Positions 46,950 to 56,706 of a stretch of 64,000 nt of DNA are shown here, piece by piece. This DNA comes from Bdellovibrionales bacterium. Lineage in GTDB: Bacteria; Bdellovibrionota; Bdellovibrionia; Bdellovibrionales; UBA1609. Both the position numbers and the translations under genes were made by a program. Position 1 is the stretch's first letter, and each line of letters opens with the position of its first letter. The DNA lies in assembly GCA_041690295.1 (NCBI GenBank), contig JAWLHR010000003.1, positions 140,953-204,952 of the forward strand. The letters are read 5' to 3'. The notes under the pieces were generated by a model. The model saw nothing but the letters and a program-made list of their open reading frames with translations, did no database searches and was not told where the DNA came from.

Positions 46950-47621
46950 TTAATTTTTAGTTGCGGGATCCTTCCATCGGAGCCGAATGGAAAGAAAGTA
47001 TTTCTCCGCATCGTTTTCGTCGATCGAGCGGATTTCGTAATCGTTCGCGTTCTTTTTTATGAAAAGAATCTGAAATTTTTCCGAGACATCCTGGTACACA
47101 TCTTTGGGCGATTCAAATTTCTTGTCCGTGGCTGAAACCACAGGCTCGATTTTCCCATGGCGAACCACGAACCCGAACCGTCGCACATCCGAGATCGATT
47201 GGTCTTTGAGCGAATTGGACATCTCAAACAACTCGAGCGGGTTGACTTTTTGAACAACCAAGCGGCCGATGCCTTCCACGGAAAAATCAATATCCAGTCC
47301 GCCATTGGCGTTTCGCACGCAGCTTGTCTTGGCGACCAACTTTCCCGTGCGCTTGTCTGGCGCGTCCGTCACTTCGACCCGAAAATTAGTGGATTTATTT
47401 ACGTAATAAAGCGTGGAGCTTTGGTATTCGTATTCACCACCGGCCAGTTCGCTGGCGAGGTTTTCAAGCGGCACGCTGGCTTCATTGGCCGCCAAATTCA
47501 TGGTGAATGGAACGTAATTAGCCGGACATTGTTTTCCCGCCACTCGCCGGGAACCGCCACCCCCGCATGAGGCTATAAAAGCGACGCAAGCAACTCCGCT
47601 AACTATTTGAAATAATTTCAT
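46950..47621 (-). CDS. Lipoprotein of unknown function
   Basis: Signal peptide plus lipobox FIASCGGGG. 223 aa with no recognisable motifs. Confidence 0.55.
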   Translation of the reverse strand: MKLFQIVSGVACVAFIASCGGGGSRRVAGKQCPANYVPFTMNLAANEASVPLENLASELAGGEYEYQSSTLYYVNKSTNFRVEVTDAPDKRTGKLVAKTSCVRNANGGLDIDFSVEGIGRLVVQKVNPLELFEMSNSLKDQSISDVRRFGFVVRHGKIEPVVSATDKKFESPKDVYQDVSEKFQILFIKKNANDYEIRSIDENDAEKYFLSIRLRWKDPATKN

Positions 47622-47676
47622 AATGACCCCACCTCGGATTCAAACCGGTTGGTTATAACACAAAGCGTCAAGAAGC

Positions 47677-48141
47677 TCAATTGGAATTGTTAGGCTGATA
47701 GGGCTCAAGCTTCTTTATATGCGGGTTATAGCGAAAAACGTTCAGGTGGGGAACCAAATGCTGGTCGAAAGTGGGCGCTAGAAGTTCCATGGTGCCATCA
47801 TCATCAATATCCGCGATGGCCAGGCGGGTGACATGACCCTGATAGTTGAACAGACCGTCGTGTTTATCAGGCAACAGGGCTCGATCAATGACCTCGCTTT
47901 TGCCGTCCGGGGTGAGTTTCACAACTTCAACCCAAATGCCTTCATTGTCGCGGTACTTGATAACTTTGGCTTTGCTGGAGTCGTTCAACACATCGCCCTC
48001 AGCGGTGGCGAGAATTTCCCTCCCCACTCCGCTCACGTAATCTTGCGCCGCTTGACGTACTGAAGGTGTGAGAACCGCGGCGACAAGGGCCGCGGCCATG
48101 AGCATGAAGATGCTGAATAAAAGCCATCGTTGTGCCGACAT
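47677..48141 (-). CDS. Membrane-anchored hypothetical protein with an FG-GAP/VCBS-like DxDxDG motif
   Basis: N-terminal TM (WLLFSIFMLMAAALVAAVL) and an ADIDDDGTMEL calcium-binding-like loop. 154 aa. Confidence 0.45.
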   Translation of the reverse strand: MSAQRWLLFSIFMLMAAALVAAVLTPSVRQAAQDYVSGVGREILATAEGDVLNDSSKAKVIKYRDNEGIWVEVVKLTPDGKSEVIDRALLPDKHDGLFNYQGHVTRLAIADIDDDGTMELLAPTFDQHLVPHLNVFRYNPHIKKLEPYQPNNSN

Positions 48142-48162
48142 TCGATTTATTCAAACAAATTT

Positions 48163-48837
48163 TTACCGCTTCAGCACCACAAAACTGTATTGCCGTCCGG
48201 CTTGGTCCTTATCACGCCTATGCGAGTGAAAATGGGGATTAGTTATCGTGTCCGCATCAATATCGACGATTTGTATACCTGGATAATGATGCAGCAATTG
48301 GTATTTGATCAGCTGGGCCAAATCGAAGAAGCATTTGTCCGGTGTTTGGTGCGGTCGGACGAGAGCGCCACTGTCATAACCTTTGGGAGTCGCGGCAAGA
48401 AGCTGATCACGCACATCCAATCCGATTTCAAAATTATCGAAGCGGATATGGGGACCGATGACGGCGAGATGAGGCGTTTGCCTGAAAAGTTCGCGTGATC
48501 GTCCCACGATATTGGCGGCCACTCCTCGCCAACCCGCGTGCAGGGCGCCCACTTGATCTTGCGAGGCCAACAAAACAGGTGCGCAATCCGCGGTTTTAAT
48601 CGCCAAGGCTCGGTGTTTCTGGTCTGTCACATGACCATCCGCCCGGTCGCCTTCTCCAGGTGTGCCTTCGACGATGTCGCGGCCATGGACCTGATGAAGG
48701 AAACAAAACTGATATGGGGAAAAACTTTGCTGAAGCCTTTCGCGGTCCAGAAGTTTTCCGCCGCAAACAAAGAGAACGTGATCACTCTCAACCTTATATC
48801 CAAGCCACTGGCCGTCGACTTCCAAATCTTCAATCAT
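48163..48837 (-). CDS. pgeF: Peptidoglycan editing factor PgeF / YfiH (LACC1-family multicopper polyphenol oxidoreductase-like)
   Basis: FLHQVHG, DGHVT, ADCAPVLL and GALHAGWRG motifs. Start set at ATG 48837 (ATGA overlap with the rluD stop). The track ORF extends to 48885. Confidence 0.82.
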   Translation of the reverse strand: MIEDLEVDGQWLGYKVESDHVLFVCGGKLLDRERLQQSFSPYQFCFLHQVHGRDIVEGTPGEGDRADGHVTDQKHRALAIKTADCAPVLLASQDQVGALHAGWRGVAANIVGRSRELFRQTPHLAVIGPHIRFDNFEIGLDVRDQLLAATPKGYDSGALVRPHQTPDKCFFDLAQLIKYQLLHHYPGIQIVDIDADTITNPHFHSHRRDKDQAGRQYSFVVLKR

Positions 48838-49766
48838 ATTTTGAATCCTAATTTCTTTATGAACGATTCCAGGTCTGGTGGCCATGGGGTTTGAAAATGT
48901 AATTCCGTATGAGTTCGGGGATGCGTGAATCCCAGCTCCGTTGCGTGAAGCATCAGCCGGGGAGCGGACTTTTTGAATCGTCCGCCGTAAATCGGATCAC
49001 CGAGAATGGGATGTCCGGACTCCGACATGTGCACTCGGATTTGATGCGTGCGGCCGGTTTCAAGCCGACATTCGATCCACGAATAATCACGGGTGCGCTG
49101 AAGAGTCTTATAGTGAGTGATGGCCAGTTTGCCGCCCGCACTCTTGGCGGAGGCGAAGCGCTTGCGATCCGTGGGATGCCGGGCGAGGTGACTGTGAAAA
49201 GTGCCTGATGGTTGGGCAAAGGCTCCCGCCACGATCGCCCAATACACGCGCTTGGCCGTTTTGCTTTTAAACTGGGCCGCGAGGGCGTGATGAGCGGAAT
49301 CGTTTTTGGCGACAACGAGTAATCCGCTGGTGTCGCGATCCAGTCGATGGACAATGCCCGGTCTTCTTTCGGCGAATCCCATCGAAAGATTCGGAATATG
49401 ATGAAGCAGAATATTGACGAGAGTGTCTTGGGCATGACCGGCCGCCGGGTGAACCACAAGTCCCGCGGGTTTATTGATCACCACCACATCCTCATCCTGG
49501 TAAACGATTTCAAGCGGGGCGGCCAAGGGCTCAAGCGGTCCTTCCGCCGGCGTTCGCGGTATTTCGATTTGGATTTTCTCGCCGGGCGAAACACGAAACG
49601 AGGCCTTCAGTTTTCGGCCGTCAATGGTGACTAATCCTTCGCTGATCAACCAACTCGCGCGCGAACGGGAGGAAATGTACTCCAGCTTGGCCAGCCATCG
49701 ATCAAGCCTTTCACCGGCGGAATTTTCGTCAACCTCGGCGATGAAGGTTTCGCGATCAGGGCGCAC
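48834..49766 (-). CDS. rluD: 23S rRNA pseudouridine synthase, RluD-type (RluA family with S4 domain)
   Basis: S4 domain (ERLDRWLA...SRSRASWLI..G.V.IDG). Catalytic HRLDRDTSGLLVVAK. C-terminal HQIRVHM. Confidence 0.88.
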   Translation of the reverse strand: MRPDRETFIAEVDENSAGERLDRWLAKLEYISSRSRASWLISEGLVTIDGRKLKASFRVSPGEKIQIEIPRTPAEGPLEPLAAPLEIVYQDEDVVVINKPAGLVVHPAAGHAQDTLVNILLHHIPNLSMGFAERRPGIVHRLDRDTSGLLVVAKNDSAHHALAAQFKSKTAKRVYWAIVAGAFAQPSGTFHSHLARHPTDRKRFASAKSAGGKLAITHYKTLQRTRDYSWIECRLETGRTHQIRVHMSESGHPILGDPIYGGRFKKSAPRLMLHATELGFTHPRTHTELHFQTPWPPDLESFIKKLGFKI

Positions 49767-50466
49767 GTTTCTTAGGTTTGAAATATTTCATGTAGGCGTC
49801 GGCGATTTTCTTTTCATCAAGCCCCAGCGTTTTCGCCACGCCGACCACGAATCCACGGGTGAAAACGGGAACGGGTAAAGAATCAATGTCGTTTGATTCC
49901 AAAGCCACTAAAGTGGATTTGCTAACGCGAATTTCATCGGCCATTTGTTCGATTGAAACACCTTTGTAAAGGCGAATCTTCTGAAGGAACTCGCCATCAC
50001 ATTCCTGGACATTGGCGATTTCAGCTTCGATTTCAGGATTGATTTCATAAACACTGAACCTCGTGCGCGCGAAACCATTCGGCAGGTCTTCGCTCTTCGC
50101 CACGGATCGAACCACCTTCACCGGGCCAACCCAGTTTTCGTCGACCTTTTTCTTGGCTTCTTCGGCCGAGTATTTTGTGACGGGTTGGTCTTTCGTGCTT
50201 CGTAAGGGCGCTTGGGGTTGAACCAATCCCAGCTTGACGTCATATTCGCGGCGTCGCGCTTGATGGGAAAGTGTTTGATACGCTTCCTCGATCAGCTGCA
50301 AGAGCTGTTGCGCTTCCTCGGGCGAAAACATGCTGTAGAGGGCCGGGCTCGACGGAGAATAAGTGTTTCTCGCCCTCTGATAAGCATTATAGATTTCCGT
50401 CGGTCCCGCCGTCGGCGGAACTTCCAGAATTTCGTAATAAGTTTGATGGTTCTGTCGATCACTCAT
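49756..50466 (-). CDS. J-like domain (HPD motif absent) + RodZ-type HTH domain protein
   Basis: N-terminal TYYEILEVPPTAGPTEIYNAYQRARNTYSPSSP...REYD. C-terminal FLQKIRLYKGVSIEQMADEIRVSKSTLVALESNDIDSLPVPVFTRGFVVGVAKTLGLD. Confidence 0.7.
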   Translation of the reverse strand: MSDRQNHQTYYEILEVPPTAGPTEIYNAYQRARNTYSPSSPALYSMFSPEEAQQLLQLIEEAYQTLSHQARRREYDVKLGLVQPQAPLRSTKDQPVTKYSAEEAKKKVDENWVGPVKVVRSVAKSEDLPNGFARTRFSVYEINPEIEAEIANVQECDGEFLQKIRLYKGVSIEQMADEIRVSKSTLVALESNDIDSLPVPVFTRGFVVGVAKTLGLDEKKIADAYMKYFKPKKRAP

Positions 50467-50476
50467 GGATGTAAAA

Positions 50477-51448
50477 TTATACCACAGCTTTCAGCTGATG
50501 GGATTTGACTAGCTTGCGCGCCAAGCCCATCAATTGAGCGTACAAGTGACTCTGTCGGTTCGCCATCAAAAGATGATTTCTTTGGCGGAGTGACTGCCAT
50601 ACCGCATTATCATATTCAAGTCCGACCAGGAAATCACAGGGGAAGCCGAAATACTTGTTACAAACCGATTGCAGTGAGTAACCCATTTCAATTTCCTGTC
50701 GTGTGCGGGCCTGATTCAGAACGATTTCGAAATTCAGATCATTAAGTATATTTTTAAGCTTTACTCCCAAAACCGGTTCGCGCTCGACGATGACGCGCAT
50801 AAAGTCCGCCGGATTTTTGATATTGTGCTTTGCTTTGTTGTTCAGCAACTCATCAATCTGGTTTTTCAACTGAAGCTGGTGTTCGTAACGGCGAAGTTTG
50901 CGGAAAAAGCTGGCTTTCAAAAATCTATAGGCGTTCTCAATGCTCGAGGGATCCGGCGTGATCACGACGATTTTGTGTTTGGCCATTAAAAAGAAATCCA
51001 GTGTCGAATGGTGGGTTCCGGCACTCAAATCCAAAACGGTGAAATCGGTTTTGTAGCGGAAAATCGCGGACATGACTCGCGATCGTTGCAACTCATCCAC
51101 GTTGGCCACATCGAGCACGTCACTAGAACCACTGATCAATTTGAGCTTGGGCCAGTTGGTATTCTGAATCAATTCTTTGAACTCCAGCTCGGGATTCACA
51201 ATGAATTCGTTGATCCCGCGGTTTGATAAAGGCGCGCCCAAATTGGTGTGAAGGTTCGCGCCTCCCAAATCAAGATCGATGGCTAGAGTGTCATAACCCA
51301 ACTGAGCTAGAAAGATCGCGATGCTTGAACTGACAAAGGATTTTCCGACGCCGCCCTTGCCCCCGCCGACGGCAATAATCGTGGAGCCGGGCTCGACGCG
51401 GCCACGCAGTGGTGCGAATTCTGCGGTGTGATGTTTCTTCGAACTCAC
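50477..51448 (-). CDS. MinD/ParA-family P-loop ATPase
   Basis: Deviant Walker A GGGKGGVGKS and Walker B-like FTVLDLSAG. 323 aa with an N-terminal extension. Confidence 0.8.
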   Translation of the reverse strand: MSSKKHHTAEFAPLRGRVEPGSTIIAVGGGKGGVGKSFVSSSIAIFLAQLGYDTLAIDLDLGGANLHTNLGAPLSNRGINEFIVNPELEFKELIQNTNWPKLKLISGSSDVLDVANVDELQRSRVMSAIFRYKTDFTVLDLSAGTHHSTLDFFLMAKHKIVVITPDPSSIENAYRFLKASFFRKLRRYEHQLQLKNQIDELLNNKAKHNIKNPADFMRVIVEREPVLGVKLKNILNDLNFEIVLNQARTRQEIEMGYSLQSVCNKYFGFPCDFLVGLEYDNAVWQSLRQRNHLLMANRQSHLYAQLMGLARKLVKSHQLKAVV

Positions 51449-52104
51449 TTTTTCAACAGACCTTTCAACAACTTCTCTTCGGCCTCGGAGCGTCGAATAT
51501 AAACAGGATTGATCTCATTCCAGGTCCGGAAAATTGTCGCGTCAGGACGTTGATCCAGGAAGTACAGTAAATCGACGGCGTTTAAATCGGGTGAAAAATC
51601 AGCGGTCTTTCTCTCAATCAGGATCTTGGTATAGGCGTTGGCCATCGTCACAAGCTCGGTGTCCGCGACCGAGCTCGGAGCCAACATCTCGCTCAGACCC
51701 TTGGCGGTCAGTTTAAATCCCGCGGCATAATAAAAGTTTTGAATGGCGCGAATCGCGACAAACACCGACTCTTCGTCGCGACCATACTTGTTCGCCAAAA
51801 GGGCCAGAGTGCCGAGGGAAGCGATCGGGCGATCAAACGAATAGGCGAGTGTCCGGGTGAGGTTCACGCCCACGCGAAGACCGGTGAAGGAACCGGGGCC
51901 GGTGTTCACCAGGTAGCGGTCAATGGCTTCCAGCTTGATTTTCGCCTTATCGAGCAGTTCGGACAGTTGAACCGTGGCGATTTCCGAGTGGATCGCCTTT
52001 TTCTGCCATTGATTCTGCCAAAATGTATCCAGCCGGCCATCGATGAAGCGGCCAAGCGCCAGCGAGCCGGTCGGCCCGCTGGTTTCTACTGCAAGAACTA
52101 GCAT
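51445..52104 (-). CDS. tsaB: tRNA threonylcarbamoyladenosine biosynthesis protein TsaB
   Basis: MLVLAVETSGPTGSLAL... and NTGPGSFTGLRVGV motifs. Confidence 0.85.
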   Translation of the reverse strand: MLVLAVETSGPTGSLALGRFIDGRLDTFWQNQWQKKAIHSEIATVQLSELLDKAKIKLEAIDRYLVNTGPGSFTGLRVGVNLTRTLAYSFDRPIASLGTLALLANKYGRDEESVFVAIRAIQNFYYAAGFKLTAKGLSEMLAPSSVADTELVTMANAYTKILIERKTADFSPDLNAVDLLYFLDQRPDATIFRTWNEINPVYIRRSEAEEKLLKGLLKK

Positions 52105-52110
52105 TCGCGC

Positions 52111-53796
52111 CTACCAGCGGTTGAGCCAATTGGTAATATCATTGAAAAACGCAAATGCCATCAGGAACATCAGCAACATGAGACCGATTTGCTGGGCCAG
52201 TTCCATCTTTCTCAATGACAGCGGCGTGCCTTTAACGATTTCAATGGCGTAGAAAAGAAGGTGTCCGCCATCCAATACCGGAACCGGCAGAAGATTGATC
52301 AGGAAAAGGTTGATCGAAATGATGGCCATGGTTTGAAGAAAGATAGAAAGTCCCGCTTCAAATGAATGCGAGGCCACCCGGCCGATCGTGATCACGCCGC
52401 CGATGTTTTTGGCGGAAACTTCCCCTTGCACCAGCCGCACCACACTCATCACGATGAATTCCGTCCATCTCACCGTGTCGCTCAAGCCCTGGGACATCAT
52501 CTGGCCGAGACCGGAAACCCGGTAAAAAACAGGGTCGCTCATGGCTGGAATAAATCCGGGAGTGATGCCGATGGTGAACCGGCGTTCCTCTTGGCCTTTC
52601 ATCGTCATCAACTCCGTCATTTCGGGCTTGATGAGAAAGGTCTTTTCTTCGCCGTCGCGAAGAACTGTGAACTGAATCCCTTCCGTATTGGGATCATAAG
52701 ATTTCACGAGATTCAAAACATCGGTCCATGCATGGACTTCTTCATTATTGATTCTAAGGACGCGATCGCCGCTGCGCACGCCGGCCAGATCCGCGGGGGC
52801 CCCTTTCTTGATTTGAAAGATGTAAAGCTCCGCCGGCTCAAGACCCAGTTTTGCGACGAGATCCGAACCGGTTTCACGCGGAAGTTCCAAGGACACTTCA
52901 CGGATGTTCTCCGGTTTGTCGGGAGCCGTGAGATCGCGTGCCTGAACCGTCACCGAGGTCTTTCCGCTTTCAATCGCTTTTTCGAACAGTGGATTCAAGT
53001 CGCGCCAAAAGCTGACCTTTTGCCCGTCAATGGAAAGGATCAAGTCAAGAGGCTTTAAGCCCGCCACACCCGCGGCGCTCTTGGGATCACGCACGCCCAC
53101 GACCGCTGAGCGGGATTCAGGAGTGAAGCCCTCGATCTGACCCACGATCGGCTGCGTGCTGAATATATTCTCGTTTTCCGCCAACTGCGGTGAGGCTTCT
53201 ATTTTAAGCGGTTGAGGTTCGCCATTTCTCTCCACCGTGAATTCGAGAACTCGTCCGCCCGAAGCTTCAATCGTCCTGCGGATGTGATTCCAGGTGGGCA
53301 TGGGCTTGCCGTTAATGGCGCTGATTTTATCGCCGGAGCGAAATCCGGCGGCGAAGGCTTTCGTGTTTTCCGCCACATCGCCGATGTAGGGACCCGTCAC
53401 CTCGGAACCGATACCGGCGATCGCCGTGAACACGAAAACAGCGAAAAATAAATTCATCAGAGGACCGGCGAGAACAATGGCCACTCTCTGCATAACCGGC
53501 TTCGCCAAGAAAGCATGGGGCTTTTGATCTTCGGGAATTTCGCGGCTCGGATCATCGCCAAACATTTTGACGTATCCGCCGAGCGGAATGGCGCTGATAC
53601 AATAAACCGTGTCGCCGTACTTATAACTCAGGATTTTTTTTCCGAATCCCAAGCTGAACGTTTCCACGCGCACGCCGAAGAATTTAGCCACCAAAAAGTG
53701 ACCCAATTCATGCACGAAGATCAATAACCCAAGGAGAATGAAGAAAGGAGCCACATTGGACAAGACAAGACCGAAGCCGTCGATAATCGCAGACAT
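52111..53796 (-). CDS. rseP: RIP site-2 metalloprotease RseP with multiple PDZ domains
   Basis: HELGHFLVAKFFG (HExxH), NLLPVPVLDGGH (LDG motif) and an extended PDZ-containing periplasmic region. 561 aa. Confidence 0.9.
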   Translation of the reverse strand: MSAIIDGFGLVLSNVAPFFILLGLLIFVHELGHFLVAKFFGVRVETFSLGFGKKILSYKYGDTVYCISAIPLGGYVKMFGDDPSREIPEDQKPHAFLAKPVMQRVAIVLAGPLMNLFFAVFVFTAIAGIGSEVTGPYIGDVAENTKAFAAGFRSGDKISAINGKPMPTWNHIRRTIEASGGRVLEFTVERNGEPQPLKIEASPQLAENENIFSTQPIVGQIEGFTPESRSAVVGVRDPKSAAGVAGLKPLDLILSIDGQKVSFWRDLNPLFEKAIESGKTSVTVQARDLTAPDKPENIREVSLELPRETGSDLVAKLGLEPAELYIFQIKKGAPADLAGVRSGDRVLRINNEEVHAWTDVLNLVKSYDPNTEGIQFTVLRDGEEKTFLIKPEMTELMTMKGQEERRFTIGITPGFIPAMSDPVFYRVSGLGQMMSQGLSDTVRWTEFIVMSVVRLVQGEVSAKNIGGVITIGRVASHSFEAGLSIFLQTMAIISINLFLINLLPVPVLDGGHLLFYAIEIVKGTPLSLRKMELAQQIGLMLLMFLMAFAFFNDITNWLNRW

Positions 53797-53837
53797 AAAT
53801 CAGATTGTAAGAAGGAATCGGCGTCACCGCCAGTTTT

Positions 53838-54671
53838 TTAGGTGGGCGTGACGTAAAGCGCGAAGGTGTATACCAACGGACAGGCGATAAATATTCCATC
53901 AAGACGGTCCAGAATGCCTCCATGACCTGGCATGATATGACCCGAATCTTTCACTCGCGCCACACGTTTTACCAGCGACATGATCAAATCACCCGACTGC
54001 GCGGCCAATCCGCAAAGGATGCAGAACAAAACAAATTGATACCAAGGAACGAAGGGAAACACGATTGCCGCATGAACCGTCCCGCCCAAAGCCGAGCCGA
54101 TCAATCCGCTCACGGCCCCTTCGATGGTTTTTTTGGGGGAAACTTCCGGCATCAAACGGTGTTTACCGAAAAACCGGCCTCCGAAATAAGCGAAGGTGTC
54201 GCCGAAAAACACCACAATCATTAGGAATAAAAACCACTGTTCACCATTTTCGGTTTTTATTGTTTGAACGGCGAAGTTCGGCAAAAGCACGCAATACGCC
54301 ATGCCGAATGTACCAAAGGCCAGTGCGGGTAAGAGCGCGTCATTGCTCACCTTCGATCGGCAAAGCCAAAGGGTGCCCGATAAAAAAAGTACATTCGCCA
54401 AGGCGAACCACAAGAGACCGAGTTCGTACCAATCGGTCATGGCGATATAAAAAAGAATGGACGTAAACCAAAATAGATAAGTCACGCTCGCGGGAATCAC
54501 GTCTTTCTTAAACGCAAGACGCGAAAACTCACGAATACCCAGTATGATCGCCACGGAACACACCACATACAGGCCGAACTTTCCTCCGAACCACCCCAAC
54601 GCCAAAACCAATGATGCCGCGAGAACCGCGGAAATCACTCGTTTTAAAAAGGTGGTTTTCGTGTCCGCCAT
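53838..54671 (-). CDS. cdsA: Phosphatidate cytidylyltransferase
   Basis: C-terminal signature SLVKRVARVKDSGHIMPGHGGILDRLDG. Confidence 0.9.
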   Translation of the reverse strand: MADTKTTFLKRVISAVLAASLVLALGWFGGKFGLYVVCSVAIILGIREFSRLAFKKDVIPASVTYLFWFTSILFYIAMTDWYELGLLWFALANVLFLSGTLWLCRSKVSNDALLPALAFGTFGMAYCVLLPNFAVQTIKTENGEQWFLFLMIVVFFGDTFAYFGGRFFGKHRLMPEVSPKKTIEGAVSGLIGSALGGTVHAAIVFPFVPWYQFVLFCILCGLAAQSGDLIMSLVKRVARVKDSGHIMPGHGGILDRLDGIFIACPLVYTFALYVTPT

Positions 54672-54674
54672 TAT

Positions 54675-55394
54675 TTAAGAAGGCTGAAGTTGTTCGCTGA
54701 TGCGCCCAAAGCGGCGTTCAGCCGAACCAAACTGGTTGAGTATGCGATGAAGGTCATGAATTTTGAAGTCCGGCCACGCCGCGGGTTCGAATTCGATTTC
54801 ACTGTAGGCCGCTTGCCACAGGAAAAAATTGGAAATCCGTTTCTCTCCGCTGGTGCGGATGATCAAGTCGGGATCCGGAAGAAAAGAGGTCGGCATCAGA
54901 TTGGCCACCAGGGCTTCGTCCACGTCCTCTTCCGACAATGTTCCTTCGGCCGCCTGTCGCGCGATCTCGCGGGCCATTTGCGCGATTTCCTGGCGTCCGC
55001 CATAGGAAAGCGCGAAGGTGAGAATCATTCCTGTGTTGCGTGAAGTGATCTCGAGCGTCTCCATCACCACCGCCTGAACGGGTTCGGGCAGGCGGCGGAC
55101 GTCGCCGGCGACCTGAAAGCGAATATTATTTCGCATCAGAGCCTCGCGCTCCCGGATCAATTGGCGCTGGAGCAGGTGCATGAGAAAAGAAACTTCTTCA
55201 AGCGGTCGATACCAGTTCTCGGTGCTGAAGGCGAACAGCGTCAGATGCGGAATTTTCAATCGCGCACATTCTTCAATGACGGCTTTGGCCACTTTGGCTC
55301 CGCGAATGTGGCCAAAAACGCGATTGTGGCGGCGCGCTTTCGCCCACCGCCCGTTACCGTCCATAATGATGGCTAAATGGCGCGGAAGTTTCAT
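54675..55394 (-). CDS. uppS: Undecaprenyl-diphosphate synthase (cis-prenyltransferase)
   Basis: HLAIIMDGNGRWA, LTLFAFSTENW and DLIIRTSGEKRISNFFLWQAAYSE. Confidence 0.93.
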   Translation of the reverse strand: MKLPRHLAIIMDGNGRWAKARRHNRVFGHIRGAKVAKAVIEECARLKIPHLTLFAFSTENWYRPLEEVSFLMHLLQRQLIREREALMRNNIRFQVAGDVRRLPEPVQAVVMETLEITSRNTGMILTFALSYGGRQEIAQMAREIARQAAEGTLSEEDVDEALVANLMPTSFLPDPDLIIRTSGEKRISNFFLWQAAYSEIEFEPAAWPDFKIHDLHRILNQFGSAERRFGRISEQLQPS

Positions 55395-55951
55395 TAGACG
55401 GTCATCAATTCCTTTTCTTTGTCAGCGGCCATCTGATCGACTTTCTTGATATACTCATCGGTCAGCTTCTGCACTTCGTCCTGCAAACGCTTATTCTCGT
55501 CTTCACTGATGGCTTTGTCCTTGAGCGCCTTTTTAAGTTCGTCATTGGCATCCCGGCGAACCATGCGTATGGCGACGCGGGCGTCTTCACAGATCTTTTT
55601 GATGTTTTTCACCAATTCACGGCGGCGCTCTTCGGTGAGTTCGGGCACCTTCAACCGGATCACCTTGCCATCGTTCATCGGGCTCATGCCCAAATCGCTT
55701 TTCACGATGGCGGCTTCGATTTCTTTTAAAATCGAAGTCTCCCAGGGCGCGATCAAAAAGGAGCGCGCGTCCGGCGTCGAAAGGGCCGCCACCTGATTCA
55801 GCGGCGTGGGCGTTCCGTAATAGTTCACCTTGATGCCATCGAGCATGGAGACGGCGGCGCGCCCCGTGCGTACCCGCTTCAATTCTCCGGCAAGTGCCTG
55901 AACGGCTTTTTCCATCTTTTCTTTCGAAGATTTTGCGATCTCTGATGTCAT
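55394..55951 (-). CDS. frr: Ribosome recycling factor
   Basis: 185 aa. RTGRA...LD.I.V.YYG..TPL.QVA and VPELTEERRRELVK patterns. 1-nt overlap with uppS. Confidence 0.93.
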   Translation of the reverse strand: MTSEIAKSSKEKMEKAVQALAGELKRVRTGRAAVSMLDGIKVNYYGTPTPLNQVAALSTPDARSFLIAPWETSILKEIEAAIVKSDLGMSPMNDGKVIRLKVPELTEERRRELVKNIKKICEDARVAIRMVRRDANDELKKALKDKAISEDENKRLQDEVQKLTDEYIKKVDQMAADKEKELMTV

Positions 55952-55965
55952 GGCTAACTCCCGGT

Positions 55966-56685
55966 TTAGCGAACTATCGTGCCGATCTTTTCACCGCGCA
56001 CGACGCGAGCGATATTGCCCGGCTTGTTGAGATTAAATGTGATTATTGGCAACTTGTTATCCATACACAAGCTGATCGCGGTCGAATCCATGACCTGAAG
56101 CCCGTCTTTCAAAACATCCATATACTTCAGCTCCGAGTAGAGCTTGGCGCCTTTAAACTTTTTCGGGTCCTTGTCGTAGATTCCGTCCACATTCGTGGCT
56201 TTCATGATGACATCGGCATTGATCTCCATGGCCCGCAAGGACGCGGCCGTATCCGTGGTGAAATAAGGATTGCCGGTTCCCGCGGCGAAGATCACCAGCC
56301 GTCTTTTTTCGAGGTGGCGGATCGCCCGGCGCCGAATATACGGCTCGGCGATCGCCGCCATACCAATGGCTGATTGCACCCGAGTGGGCAGTCCGCGCTT
56401 TTCCAAGGCGTCTTGCATGGCCATGCTGTTGATCACTGTCGCGAGCATTCCCATGTAATCGGAACTGGCGCGATCCATCCCTTGAGCGGCCTGCGCCACA
56501 CCCCGGATGAAGTTGCCGCCGCCGATGACCAATCCGATCTGCACGCCCAGCTCATAGGCCTCTTTGATGTCATCGGCGATCTGATTGATGGTTTGCGAGT
56601 GAATTCCGAAAGTCTGGCCGCCAGCCAAGGCTTCGCCACTAATTTTCAATAAAATGCGACGGTATTTGCTCTTTTTTGGCGGCAA
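55966..56685 (-). CDS. pyrH: UMP kinase
   Basis: [23 protein letters not shown] and [13 protein letters not shown]. Confidence 0.93.
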   Translation of the reverse strand: MPPKKSKYRRILLKISGEALAGGQTFGIHSQTINQIADDIKEAYELGVQIGLVIGGGNFIRGVAQAAQGMDRASSDYMGMLATVINSMAMQDALEKRGLPTRVQSAIGMAAIAEPYIRRRAIRHLEKRRLVIFAAGTGNPYFTTDTAASLRAMEINADVIMKATNVDGIYDKDPKKFKGAKLYSELKYMDVLKDGLQVMDSTAISLCMDNKLPIITFNLNKPGNIARVVRGEKIGTIVR

Positions 56686-56706
56686 GGGAATTCCTTTGTA
56701 GAAAAA

